This document shows, piece after piece, positions 14,935-22,996 of a stretch of DNA of 42,708 nucleotides. Source of the stretch: Patescibacteria group bacterium (lineage in GTDB: Bacteria > Patescibacteriota > WWE3 > UBA101185 > UBA10185); assembly GCA_042571515.1 (NCBI GenBank), contig JBHPHX010000003.1:1-42708 (forward strand), given 5' to 3'. The notes below the pieces were generated by a model. That model saw nothing but the letters and a program-made list of their open reading frames with translations, did no database searches and had not been told where the DNA came from. A program made the position numbers and the translations under genes. The stretch's first letter is position 1. Every line of letters begins with the position of its first letter.

Positions 14935-15234
14935 ATGAGATTAATAAATTATTTAAGTAGATTTTGGTTCAAATTATTTCCGTTAAAAAGACGTAGAAGT
15001 TTCAGTCCTCATAAAGTTGAGATAAGCATTAATCCGCCCGAAAACAGAAAAACCTTAAGAGGGCCTGTAGACATTTATTGGTTTGGACTAGTTTTCGAAG
15101 CATGTGAAATAAATTATGGAGATGAAAACGAGTGCCAATCAGTAGTTAAATTTCCAAACGGAAAATTTGGTTATGCTAACTATTCAAGAGATGATATTGA
15201 AGGCTTAAATAAAGACGATATCCATAGCTTGTAA
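14935..15234 (+). CDS. Hypothetical protein (99 aa)
   Basis: AAGGAG RBS 7 nt upstream. Own promoter and terminator. No recognisable motif. Confidence 0.6.
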   Translation: MRLINYLSRFWFKLFPLKRRRSFSPHKVEISINPPENRKTLRGPVDIYWFGLVFEACEINYGDENECQSVVKFPNGKFGYANYSRDDIEGLNKDDIHSL

Positions 15235-15264
15235 ATATAGAAAAGGAAATGAGATACAATTAAA

Positions 15265-15303
15265 AGGCCCATATAGGTTGTCCCGATGGGCCTTTTTCTT
15301 TTT
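15265..15303 (+). terminator. Rho-independent terminator
   Basis: AGGCCCAT-ataggttgtcccg-ATGGGCCT followed by TTTTTCTTTTTT. Confidence 0.75.
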
Positions 15304-15313
15304 TACACCAGAA

Positions 15314-15377
15314 CCTCCTGAAAAAACCCCAATTTCTGAATAAATTTGGTTCAAAGTAGCCCCCATCAACCACCCCA
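15314..15377 (+). repeat. R2: tRNA-His-3'-like intergenic repeat
   Basis: cctcctgaaaaaaccccaatttctgaataaatttggttcaaagtagcccccatcaaccacccca. Confidence 0.8.
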
Positions 15378-15411
15378 GGGTTTTTGGTTTTAATGGCAGT
15401 CTTTTAACCAC

Positions 15412-16071
15412 CTATATATTTCGTAAAGTCTCCAGTACGTGTGCGTTAGAAGAATCTATATTAGAAGGGTTGTACAAAACGGTTTTCCAACCCAACCCCC
15501 TCGCTGTCTCAATATGCGCATTACTATTTTCCACAAATAAAATTTTATCTGGAGAGGTTTTCGCTAAGCCAGAAGCTAGTTTAAATATCTCTGGTTGGGG
15601 TTTCTGGAAACCCACCTCACTTGAGTCTACAATTACGTCCCATTCAATGTTTGGTAGTAGTCCCTTGGATTCTATTGCACCCAACATTCCTGGATACATG
15701 TTTGTTAGCAGACCCACCTTGTATTTTCTTTTAAGTTCTAAAATTATTTCACCAAGCGATGGGTTAGGTTCAAAGCGATTAACAAAATCATTAAGGAGGG
15801 AATAATCCCCAGGGAGTTTCAGTTTAAACGTATTTTTTAGAATGCTAATAAAACTATCGGTTTCTTTATCACCAAGACAAAATTTAGATTCCTCAATGCT
15901 GAATAGTTGCCCTAATTTATCTCTATCCTCCTTGCGTACCCCCAACTCATCTAACATCCTCTCCCATTTATCAGTTTTAGAAAAATCTAGAATAACTACA
16001 CCGCCAACATCAAAGTATATAAACTCAATAGCCATCTCTTTCTCAATATTATTCCCTGAGGACTCTTCCAT
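15412..16071 (-). CDS. HAD-superfamily hydrolase (subfamily IA-like)
   Basis: Motif I FIYFDVGGVV (the DxGG variant seen in some IA phosphatases), GLLTNM (motif II region) and ILFVENSNAHIETARGLGW (motif III/IV region). An alternative start MAIEF lies at 16035. Confidence 0.75.
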   Translation of the reverse strand: MEESSGNNIEKEMAIEFIYFDVGGVVILDFSKTDKWERMLDELGVRKEDRDKLGQLFSIEESKFCLGDKETDSFISILKNTFKLKLPGDYSLLNDFVNRFEPNPSLGEIILELKRKYKVGLLTNMYPGMLGAIESKGLLPNIEWDVIVDSSEVGFQKPQPEIFKLASGLAKTSPDKILFVENSNAHIETARGLGWKTVLYNPSNIDSSNAHVLETLRNI

Positions 16072-16177
16072 ATCGCAAAGCCTTTCAACTATATAGACTT
16101 ATTATCATTATACATAACTGTACTCAAACTCAAAATTTTGTTGTCTAATTATCTAGCCTCAGGTACAATTACAGTGT

Positions 16178-16390
16178 ATGTCAAATGGTAGTGATGTAGA
16201 ACTTGGTAGTATGGATGCAAGCATCCGCGAAACTGATTTGGGAAACCCTGAGCAAGAGTACCATGACGAGCAGGAGGAGTTGAGGAGTGGTGTAACTCCT
16301 GAGGAAGAAGAGATGGAAAAGAGGGATTGGGATGAAAGAGAGCGAAAAAAATGGGACCCTGAGGCTGTAAAAGACGATAAGTCTAAGTAA
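16178..16390 (+). CDS. Small highly acidic hypothetical protein (70 aa)
   Basis: ORF with a TACAAT box 8 nt before the ATG. Low-complexity E/D-rich sequence, so coding status is uncertain. Confidence 0.4.
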   Translation: MSNGSDVELGSMDASIRETDLGNPEQEYHDEQEELRSGVTPEEEEMEKRDWDERERKKWDPEAVKDDKSK

Positions 16391-16391
16391 A

Positions 16392-16512
16392 CCCCTGAAA
16401 AACCTCAATTTCTGAATAAATAAGGTTCAAACTAGTACTTATCAGCCACCCCATATATAAAGGCTGTAACAACAGTGTTTTCAGAGATACCCAAACATAC
16501 AATTCGAACCAG
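16392..16512 (+). repeat. R3: tRNA-His-3'-like repeat plus a diverged copy of the tRNA-His downstream flank
   Basis: cccctgaaaaacctcaatttctgaataaataaggttcaaactagtacttatcagccacccca, then tatataaaggctgtaacaacagtg...gatacccaaacatacaattcgaacc (parallels R4). Confidence 0.8.
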
Positions 16513-16537
16513 ACCTTAATTGATATATAATATAAAT

Positions 16538-17278
16538 ATGAAGGATGCATACAATGATATTTTTAAAGATAAAGAAAGAATACTAGTAGTTTTCGCTCAC
16601 CCTGACGACGCGGAAATATATTGTGGGGGAACTATTGCACGATTAACTCAGGATAGTAAGAAAGTACGTATTGTGAAGGTGTCTTCAGGAAATAAGGGCT
16701 CTAGAGAGGACAATATCTCTGAAAGAGACCTCAAGGCATTAAGGGAAAAAGAAGATTCAGAAGCCATGAAGGTTTTAGGTATAGCCTCAGAAGACAATAT
16801 TTACTTAAACCTGGGGGATGGCGAAATCAATAACGATATAAAGACAATTGAGCTGCTAGCAAAGCAAATTAGAATATTCAAGCCTGATTTAATCATTACT
16901 CATAATCCAGAGGATGTGATTATTAAATTTGATGAAAATGATAGCTGGGTTAACCACAGGGACCATAGAAACACGGGCATTTCTGCAGTGGACGCCTCAT
17001 ATCCATATAGCAGAGATTTATTGTTTTTTCCCGAGCATTTTGATGATGAAAAAGCAACATCACATTCGGTAGTAGAATATCTTTTCGTTGACTCATACAA
17101 TCACGAGGACGAGATATTTATAAATGTAACGGATACCGCTGGAACGAGAACAAAGGCAACAGCAAGCCACGCATCTCAATACTCAGAGGAATATTCAAAA
17201 GAAACAACGGATTATTTTACAATTAGAGAAGGTTCAAATAAAAGATGGGAGCGATTTAGGTACGTAAAGGCAGATTAA
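16538..17278 (+). CDS. PIG-L/LmbE-family N-acetylglucosaminyl deacetylase
   Basis: VVFAHPDDAEIYCGGT and NHRDHRNTG (HxDH) motifs. Start set at ATG 16538, 6 nt after TATAAT (16526..16531). The track start at 16520 is a TTG. Confidence 0.8.
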   Translation: MKDAYNDIFKDKERILVVFAHPDDAEIYCGGTIARLTQDSKKVRIVKVSSGNKGSREDNISERDLKALREKEDSEAMKVLGIASEDNIYLNLGDGEINNDIKTIELLAKQIRIFKPDLIITHNPEDVIIKFDENDSWVNHRDHRNTGISAVDASYPYSRDLLFFPEHFDDEKATSHSVVEYLFVDSYNHEDEIFINVTDTAGTRTKATASHASQYSEEYSKETTDYFTIREGSNKRWERFRYVKAD

Positions 17279-17295
17279 ACTAAAAGCGTAGAAAA

Positions 17296-17408
17296 CACTT
17301 CAATCTCCTCATAAATCTGGTTCAAAGTAGCACTCATCAGCCACCCCATTTTTAGAGGTTGTTATAACAACGTTTCCGAAGATACCCAAACGATACCTCG
17401 AACCAAAA
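17296..17408 (+). repeat. R4: tRNA-His-3'-like repeat carrying an exact 30-nt copy of the tRNA-His 3' boundary
   Basis: 17342..17371 (caccccatttttagaggttgttataacaac) is identical to 14311..14340, the last 7 nt of tRNA-His plus 23 nt of its downstream flank. Upstream part: cataaatctggttcaaagtagcactcatcagc. Confidence 0.9.
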
Positions 17409-17497
17409 CTATATAATCTGTAAAACTTACAACCTGCTTTGTTGTATAATGCAGCCAAATGAGATGAGTGGAATAATCTGACTGAAAGGAGGTTGAG

Positions 17498-17839
17498 ATG
17501 GACTGGAAAGGTAAGATTGGTGAACATCATGATGGCGAAGAGGGTAGGTTGGCTATAGAAAAAGAAGTGGAATATGAAGCTAATTTAAAAAAGTACAGGA
17601 TAAGATTTAGGTGCCCCGTGTGTGGCGTTGAGCCAAAAGGGCCTAGGAAGGGAATGCTTCGGCCAGTACCCCTTAATGGTGCAGGAACTTGGACCTCTCT
17701 TGATAATAACAAACCCTCTCCGATTACTTATTGGACCTCACCCCCAAAAGGATATTGGCAGTGCACCTCTTGTAAGTTATGGGCATGCCCTAATTGTATA
17801 TATCGTGAAATTTGCAAAACCTGTGCTGAGAAACTGTAA
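17498..17839 (+). CDS. Zinc-ribbon / Cys-rich hypothetical protein (113 aa)
   Basis: AAGGAGG RBS 5 nt upstream. CPVCG ... CTSCKLWACPNCIYREICKTCAEK gives several CxxC pairs. Confidence 0.65.
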   Translation: MDWKGKIGEHHDGEEGRLAIEKEVEYEANLKKYRIRFRCPVCGVEPKGPRKGMLRPVPLNGAGTWTSLDNNKPSPITYWTSPPKGYWQCTSCKLWACPNCIYREICKTCAEKL

Positions 17840-17864
17840 CCACCCAACACCAAATAAGTCGAAT

Positions 17865-17910
17865 GACCCCCTTAGTTCTAAATGAGCCTTTGGGGGTTGT
17901 TTCTTTTCTA
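17865..17910 (+). terminator. Candidate terminator
   Basis: ACCCCC-20 nt loop-GGGGGT followed by TGTTTCTTTT. The large loop keeps confidence moderate. Confidence 0.45.
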
Positions 17911-17918
17911 CACAAAAA

Positions 17919-17980
17919 CCTCTTGAAAAACCTCAATTTCTGAATAAATTTGGATCAATTATTGATTATCAGCCACCCTA
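17919..17980 (+). repeat. R5: tRNA-His-3'-like intergenic repeat (most diverged 3' end)
   Basis: cctcttgaaaaacctcaatttctgaataaatttggatcaattattgattatcagccacccta. Confidence 0.75.
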
Positions 17981-18024
17981 AGTGCTTCCTCGCAAACTCC
18001 TCTATTCGAGTAGCACCCAAATAG

Positions 18025-18834
18025 TTACTTAAGGATGCTTTCCCCTGCCTCTTTTATTTCAGAATCCCTTTGCCTATCTATCCAGTATTTTATTGCATTT
18101 TCGCTACCATCAACACTGTTATTAACTAATTGCTTTAATACAGTTAAAACAGCTTTTCTTTCCCCTGTGTTTCCCTTCTTAAATAAAATGGTTAGCAGTA
18201 TAAAGATGCTACTTCCCACCCTAGCTATTGGGTGTTTCTCAGCCTCTCTGGTATTAGGGTGCCCAACATACGCCACAACCTCCTCTTTATCCGCTAGGAG
18301 CATCTCTGTAAGTCTATGAGAACCATCTAGTATATGTATTTTCCCATCCTGTTCCTTCATAAGGAGTTTCTCAAAAACCATTTTTTTACCTGAAGGTTTA
18401 TATGAGAGCAGGCCTTCTGGATCACTGTCGTCTGCCTTTTCGAAATAATTTAATAGGTAATTCTTGAATTTAAGAGAGTCACCATTTACCTTGTCTGAAA
18501 ATATAACCTTATTTGCCCTGGAATCCATTCCGGTAAGAATTAGGTCTTTCACATGCCAGATTTCCTCGTTCCAAGTATAGCTATCTCTACCTATAATATA
18601 AAAAACCCCGTTTAAGCGGAATGTAAACGAAATTGCTTCTAAAAGTGCCCAAATTTTATTGGTGGGTAGCTCCTGAATGGTTTTTACAATAGCTTCTGAA
18701 ACCTCATTAGTAGTTGGATCTTTAAAAATATTAGAAAATTCTACTTCTAGGTAATATCGGGCCACGTCTACTGATGGGACATTTTCCACAATTATTTTTA
18801 TTGGTTTTGTAGCGGGTTGGGGCTTGTCTTCCAT
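18025..18834 (-). CDS. Hypothetical protein with ParB/Srx-like (DGQHR-like) domain
   Basis: KIHILDGSHRLTEMLLADKEEVVAYVG resembles the ParB N-terminal/DndB-type DGxHR motif. Start set at ATG 18834, 6 nt after a TATAAT box. The track start at 18843 overlaps that -10 box. Confidence 0.55.
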   Translation of the reverse strand: MEDKPQPATKPIKIIVENVPSVDVARYYLEVEFSNIFKDPTTNEVSEAIVKTIQELPTNKIWALLEAISFTFRLNGVFYIIGRDSYTWNEEIWHVKDLILTGMDSRANKVIFSDKVNGDSLKFKNYLLNYFEKADDSDPEGLLSYKPSGKKMVFEKLLMKEQDGKIHILDGSHRLTEMLLADKEEVVAYVGHPNTREAEKHPIARVGSSIFILLTILFKKGNTGERKAVLTVLKQLVNNSVDGSENAIKYWIDRQRDSEIKEAGESILK

Positions 18835-18996
18835 GTTTCCCATTATACCTTAAGAAACTACAACCATTTGGCTACAAACCAGTCATTGTACGTACTAAAA
18901 CATTATCGCCCTCTTTAATACCCATCACCCTTATTGCTGCATCGTAAACAAAAAGGGCCCATGAATTTGATTCACAAACCCTTATCGAGAGCTTCA

Positions 18997-19131
18997 TTAT
19001 AGGAAAATCGATTCTAATGAGGAATTATTTATCAACTCTCCTATTATCATCCCAAATATTATAATGAAAAATACAGCTATTATTACTCTTGCGATCCACC
19101 TCCCAACTGTTTTATAGCGTTTCCTCTTCAT
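18997..19131 (-). CDS. Possible 44-aa single-TM peptide
   Basis: Not in the track. MKRKRYKTVGRWIARVIIAVFFIIIFGMIIGELINNSSLESIFL. GGAG lies 6 nt upstream of the ATG. Confidence 0.3.
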   Translation of the reverse strand: MKRKRYKTVGRWIARVIIAVFFIIIFGMIIGELINNSSLESIFL

Positions 19132-19217
19132 CTTTTTCTCCAATTCTATTATATTTTCAATGATTGCTGCTGTGTATTATAACATATCTTATAGTATTTA
19201 AACGGGGGGAACTTTTC

Positions 19218-20792
19218 TTATTTGTAGTTACTCTCGTGAATTTGATTTAACCTTTTGTAAACAAACCAATAATCAAAACCATTAATTTTCACAGTATCCA
19301 GTAATTCATACTTTTGTGTACAAGTCCTGGTAAGAGGGCCGTCAAGCGCAAAGGTAATTACATAATCTGTCACACAACTTGGAAATCTAGAAAACCTACC
19401 TCCCGAAGAAATTGCTTTAATAGACTTGGATCCAGAAATTGTATAAAAACCATAATACCCGCTATTTTCCATATCCTTTTTTGCAATATTAAACGCCTCA
19501 TAACTTCCAATTCCAAATGGATCATTGTCCAGAACCTGAAGTCTTTTTTCAATACCCCCTAGAAGTGGATTTGAATATGCAAGATAGTATGGATGGTATG
19601 GGCCCAACTCAAATAGCACTAAGCCGGTATATAAAACAGCGAGAGGAACCGCAAAGTAAACCTTTAATCTAGCTAAAAAATTAGCAATCACAAACACAAG
19701 GAACGGAAAAACTATAATTATATATCTGTCAGACTTTTTAACAGGAATGGTTAGGGCAATAATAATGGCTATAGAACAAAGAACAGCCCAAAAATTAATC
19801 CAGAAATCTGTTGAAATTTCAAAATTTTTCAATTCTTTTAAAGGTCGAAGAATGAAGGCGCCTAACGTTATAGCAAGTAAAAAGCCCCCAGCCATGGAAA
19901 ACCTCATAAATATAGATTGAAAGTAAAAATTATAGTCCTTTTCTGAATGAATCTCATCAAGTAAGACATTTGGGCCTTTCCCGGAGGTTCCCATTTCTTT
20001 TTTACCCTCAACCCCAATATCTGTAATCCCATAAATTATCTTTTCGTAGTACTTAGGAATAGATTTAACTGGGTTTTTCCATATAGGAGGAAAAAGTGCA
20101 TATATGAATATTAGTGTTGATAAGGTGAGTACCAAAATCCCAACTATTTTCTTTGGAATTGTGGGTTTCCCAACTAATAAAATAACAAGTAAAGCTGGGA
20201 GCATAATTACCGCTGTTATTTTTGTAAGTAGAGATAAAGCTAAAAACAAGCCAGCAAACATAGCAAAAATCCATTTTGAAGATTTGTAAGTGTAAAAAAG
20301 GATTAGTAAAAAGCTAAGAAACAGTAGAGAAGTCATTAAATAATCCAAATGGTAGAGCCTGCGCATTCCAATAATAAAAGGTTCTAGTGTAAGAATAATG
20401 GAGTAAAAAAGAGCAGATTTAAAACCGAGAAGTTTCCATAAAACAACCAGTGTAAGCGCAAAGATAAATGCCCCAAAAATTACAACCGAAAGTTTTGCTT
20501 GATAGTCTCTCATTAGAAATGTGTCTTTGGAAATTTCTACATCATTTTTAAATGCATTGGATAGTGGCCCTGAAATCCACATAAGTGTAGTGCCGGGATG
20601 ATACGATTGGAAAGTGTCGCTTAAAGTGTTGTCCCAAAGCGCCTCAGTAAAGATTTGAGTCCTCGTGTGCCAATTTATTCCGTCTGGATTTATGACATCA
20701 ATATAAAGATCTTTTACAGACAAAAACAAATATATGGAAGCAAAAAATATAAGTATCAGGGTTTTGCGTAATCTCACATTACTAGTATACAT
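19218..20792 (-). CDS. Polytopic membrane glycosyltransferase, ArnT/PMT (GT39/GT83)-like
   Basis: 524 aa with more than 10 hydrophobic helices. Its early loop and overall architecture resemble PMT_2-type lipid-linked sugar transferases. Inferred from architecture. Confidence 0.65.
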   Translation of the reverse strand: MYTSNVRLRKTLILIFFASIYLFLSVKDLYIDVINPDGINWHTRTQIFTEALWDNTLSDTFQSYHPGTTLMWISGPLSNAFKNDVEISKDTFLMRDYQAKLSVVIFGAFIFALTLVVLWKLLGFKSALFYSIILTLEPFIIGMRRLYHLDYLMTSLLFLSFLLILFYTYKSSKWIFAMFAGLFLALSLLTKITAVIMLPALLVILLVGKPTIPKKIVGILVLTLSTLIFIYALFPPIWKNPVKSIPKYYEKIIYGITDIGVEGKKEMGTSGKGPNVLLDEIHSEKDYNFYFQSIFMRFSMAGGFLLAITLGAFILRPLKELKNFEISTDFWINFWAVLCSIAIIIALTIPVKKSDRYIIIVFPFLVFVIANFLARLKVYFAVPLAVLYTGLVLFELGPYHPYYLAYSNPLLGGIEKRLQVLDNDPFGIGSYEAFNIAKKDMENSGYYGFYTISGSKSIKAISSGGRFSRFPSCVTDYVITFALDGPLTRTCTQKYELLDTVKINGFDYWFVYKRLNQIHESNYK

Positions 20793-20818
20793 CAGGCAAA
20801 ATATGTATAATTTATGTA

Positions 20819-21508
20819 ATGCCCGTGGAAATATCTACAATCAAAGAAATTAAAGAAAAACATACCTGTTGCTCACATACTCTTTTCCTTAAAATTTTTT
20901 GTATTTTTCTAATTTTAGTAGTAGTTGGTGCTGGTGCTTTTATTTTCTATTTCTATCAAAATTATATAAATTCTGAAGATTCCGATAAGGCGATGGAGAT
21001 ATGCTCAATCCCAGAACAAATTGAGGTCCTCCCTGAGCCTGAGGATGAATATTCCACTGCAAATTTAGGAGCTTTTAGTTTTGAATATCCAATTGGTTGG
21101 CACGTAGGGGATATTTGGCCCCAAGATTTAGAAAATATGCCAATTTCAACTTGGATTGACCCCAAACCTATAAATACTGCACCCCGTGGTGGTCCAGCAG
21201 CAGCAATAGCGTTTAATCGATGGATTCAGCCTGAAAATCCCGACGAGTTACTTGCACAAAAAATGGAGGAAGCCAAAGATCGTTACGAAGACTTATCTGA
21301 GGAAGTTATAGAAACAGACTACACTACTGTTTACCACTATTCCGGTACAGAAAACATTTTTGAGGAAGATATGCAATCTGAAGTTTATGTCTTCACTATG
21401 GAAACTGCGGAGGGGGAAGTAACAATCTTTGAGGTTTTCCCAAACTTCTTTGAACCCGATTATAAAGATGAAGCCGGCCATGTTGCAACAAGCTTCAAAC
21501 CCCAGTAA
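20819..21508 (+). CDS. Membrane-anchored hypothetical protein (229 aa)
   Basis: One N-terminal TM helix and an acidic extracytoplasmic domain. ATG lies 7 nt after TATAAT (20806..20811). Confidence 0.6.
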   Translation: MPVEISTIKEIKEKHTCCSHTLFLKIFCIFLILVVVGAGAFIFYFYQNYINSEDSDKAMEICSIPEQIEVLPEPEDEYSTANLGAFSFEYPIGWHVGDIWPQDLENMPISTWIDPKPINTAPRGGPAAAIAFNRWIQPENPDELLAQKMEEAKDRYEDLSEEVIETDYTTVYHYSGTENIFEEDMQSEVYVFTMETAEGEVTIFEVFPNFFEPDYKDEAGHVATSFKPQ

Positions 21509-21529
21509 TTACCGTGCTAATATAACTTT

Positions 21530-22996
21530 ATGTTGAAATCAAAGCTAGGGGCTGTGGATTGGGGTTTGGTGATTGTGTTTGTTGTTACATTTTTCTTAAG
21601 AATCATTAATTTAGGATATTCCGACTACATTTCCGATGAACCTGGAACATTTTTTTATAGAGGCTATGGTGTTAATTCCCATCTCTCACATTGGGAATTT
21701 CTTTTGCACCAACGAAAGGGCCCTCTTCAGATACTAATTGGCTATATTCCTTATTCAATATTTGGTAATTATGACCATGAATTTGCTCAAAGACTGCCAT
21801 TTGCGCTCTTTGGAGCCTTCGCTGTAATAATTTTGTATAAACTAATTGAAAAACTGACCTCAGATAAGCTTGTAGCCCTTATAGGATCCTTTTTATTAGC
21901 TACAAACGGTCTCATGGTAGCCTATGGTCGTATAGCCCAATATCAAAACCTCAACCTTTTCTTTTCTCTTTCTGCATTGTATTTTTACGCCCATTTTAAA
22001 GAAAAACCCCTAAAAAACAGCCTACTTGGAACACTAATGTTTTGTATTTCGGCATACGCGCACACGGATGCAATTTACATTTTGATTCCAATTTTGTATG
22101 TGCTAATCAAAAATTTCAGGTTATTAAATATTAAAATTATTCTTCTAAATTTATTTCTGATGATTGTTGTTCTGTGCCCCTTTTTTGTTCCATATATTAA
22201 ATACCAACAAGCTTCCGCTGAAAGTATGGGGTATCTTGGGTCAATTGTAGGAAAAGGACTTCCCTTTACGAGACGGCCAGATATAAGGCAGTTTAATTTA
22301 TACAATCCTTTTTTGACACTACCATTTTACTTAATTTTGGGTGTAATTGGGCTAACTAAAAAGAAGGCAACATTATTTTCAATTTGGTTTTTTGTAATTT
22401 TAGCAATTTTTAGGTTTGGAATAAGTTACTCTGGGTTGCATTTCTATAATATCTTTATACCTCTTGTAGTTTTGGCGGGTTTTGGGGTTAGAAGGTTATT
22501 AGATTTTACACTCAAATTAAGGTATCTAATATTCCTTGTTGTTACAGTGTTTCTAGCCTTCTTTTTCTTCTTTTATCAATCGTATATGTTATTTGTAGAC
22601 CATACCAAGGAGTACCCGGTTGAAAGTGAGAATATTTTGTGGTGGAAAGCGGAGAAGAAAGAACGTGAGGATGATTACAGACATAAAACAGGATTTCCAC
22701 ACAAAAGGTACTGGCACCAAATAAGTGAATTTATAAATGGGCAGAATATGGCAAGGGGAGAAGACTACGGGTATGTGACAAATGAAAATAGAGTTGACCA
22801 ATATTATATGGACGTGGAATATAGAAATAGTAATGGTTACTATGTCATAGGCATTAAACGCCCACTTTCCCTAACCTACGATTATAAATTTCCCCATATA
22901 AAAAACAAGAGCACTGTGCAAAAAATTAAAAACGGGGCAGGGGATACTGTGGTGCAAATTTGGAGGGTGGAAGCAAAATATGAAGTTTCAAATTAA
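21530..22996 (+). CDS. ArnT/PMT_2-like membrane glycosyltransferase (GT39/83-like)
   Basis: FLRIINLGYSDY...QRKGPLQ...RLPFALFGAFAVIILYKLIEKL...ATNGLMVAYGRIAQYQ. Clear paralog of 35224..36759. ATG lies 6 nt after a TAATAT box. Confidence 0.75.
   Translation: MLKSKLGAVDWGLVIVFVVTFFLRIINLGYSDYISDEPGTFFYRGYGVNSHLSHWEFLLHQRKGPLQILIGYIPYSIFGNYDHEFAQRLPFALFGAFAVIILYKLIEKLTSDKLVALIGSFLLATNGLMVAYGRIAQYQNLNLFFSLSALYFYAHFKEKPLKNSLLGTLMFCISAYAHTDAIYILIPILYVLIKNFRLLNIKIILLNLFLMIVVLCPFFVPYIKYQQASAESMGYLGSIVGKGLPFTRRPDIRQFNLYNPFLTLPFYLILGVIGLTKKKATLFSIWFFVILAIFRFGISYSGLHFYNIFIPLVVLAGFGVRRLLDFTLKLRYLIFLVVTVFLAFFFFFYQSYMLFVDHTKEYPVESENILWWKAEKKEREDDYRHKTGFPHKRYWHQISEFINGQNMARGEDYGYVTNENRVDQYYMDVEYRNSNGYYVIGIKRPLSLTYDYKFPHIKNKSTVQKIKNGAGDTVVQIWRVEAKYEVSN

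Noticed and set aside
15205-15411. 68-aa minus-strand ORF
   Set aside because: It covers a strong terminator and repeat R2 and has no RBS.
14785-17980. R1-R5 repeats as a CRISPR array or an integron attC array
   Set aside because: The spacers are 0.5-1.1 kb coding cassettes rather than 25-50-nt spacers. The repeats lack the attC inverted core sites (RYYYAAC/GTTRRRY). No cas or intI gene is present in the window.
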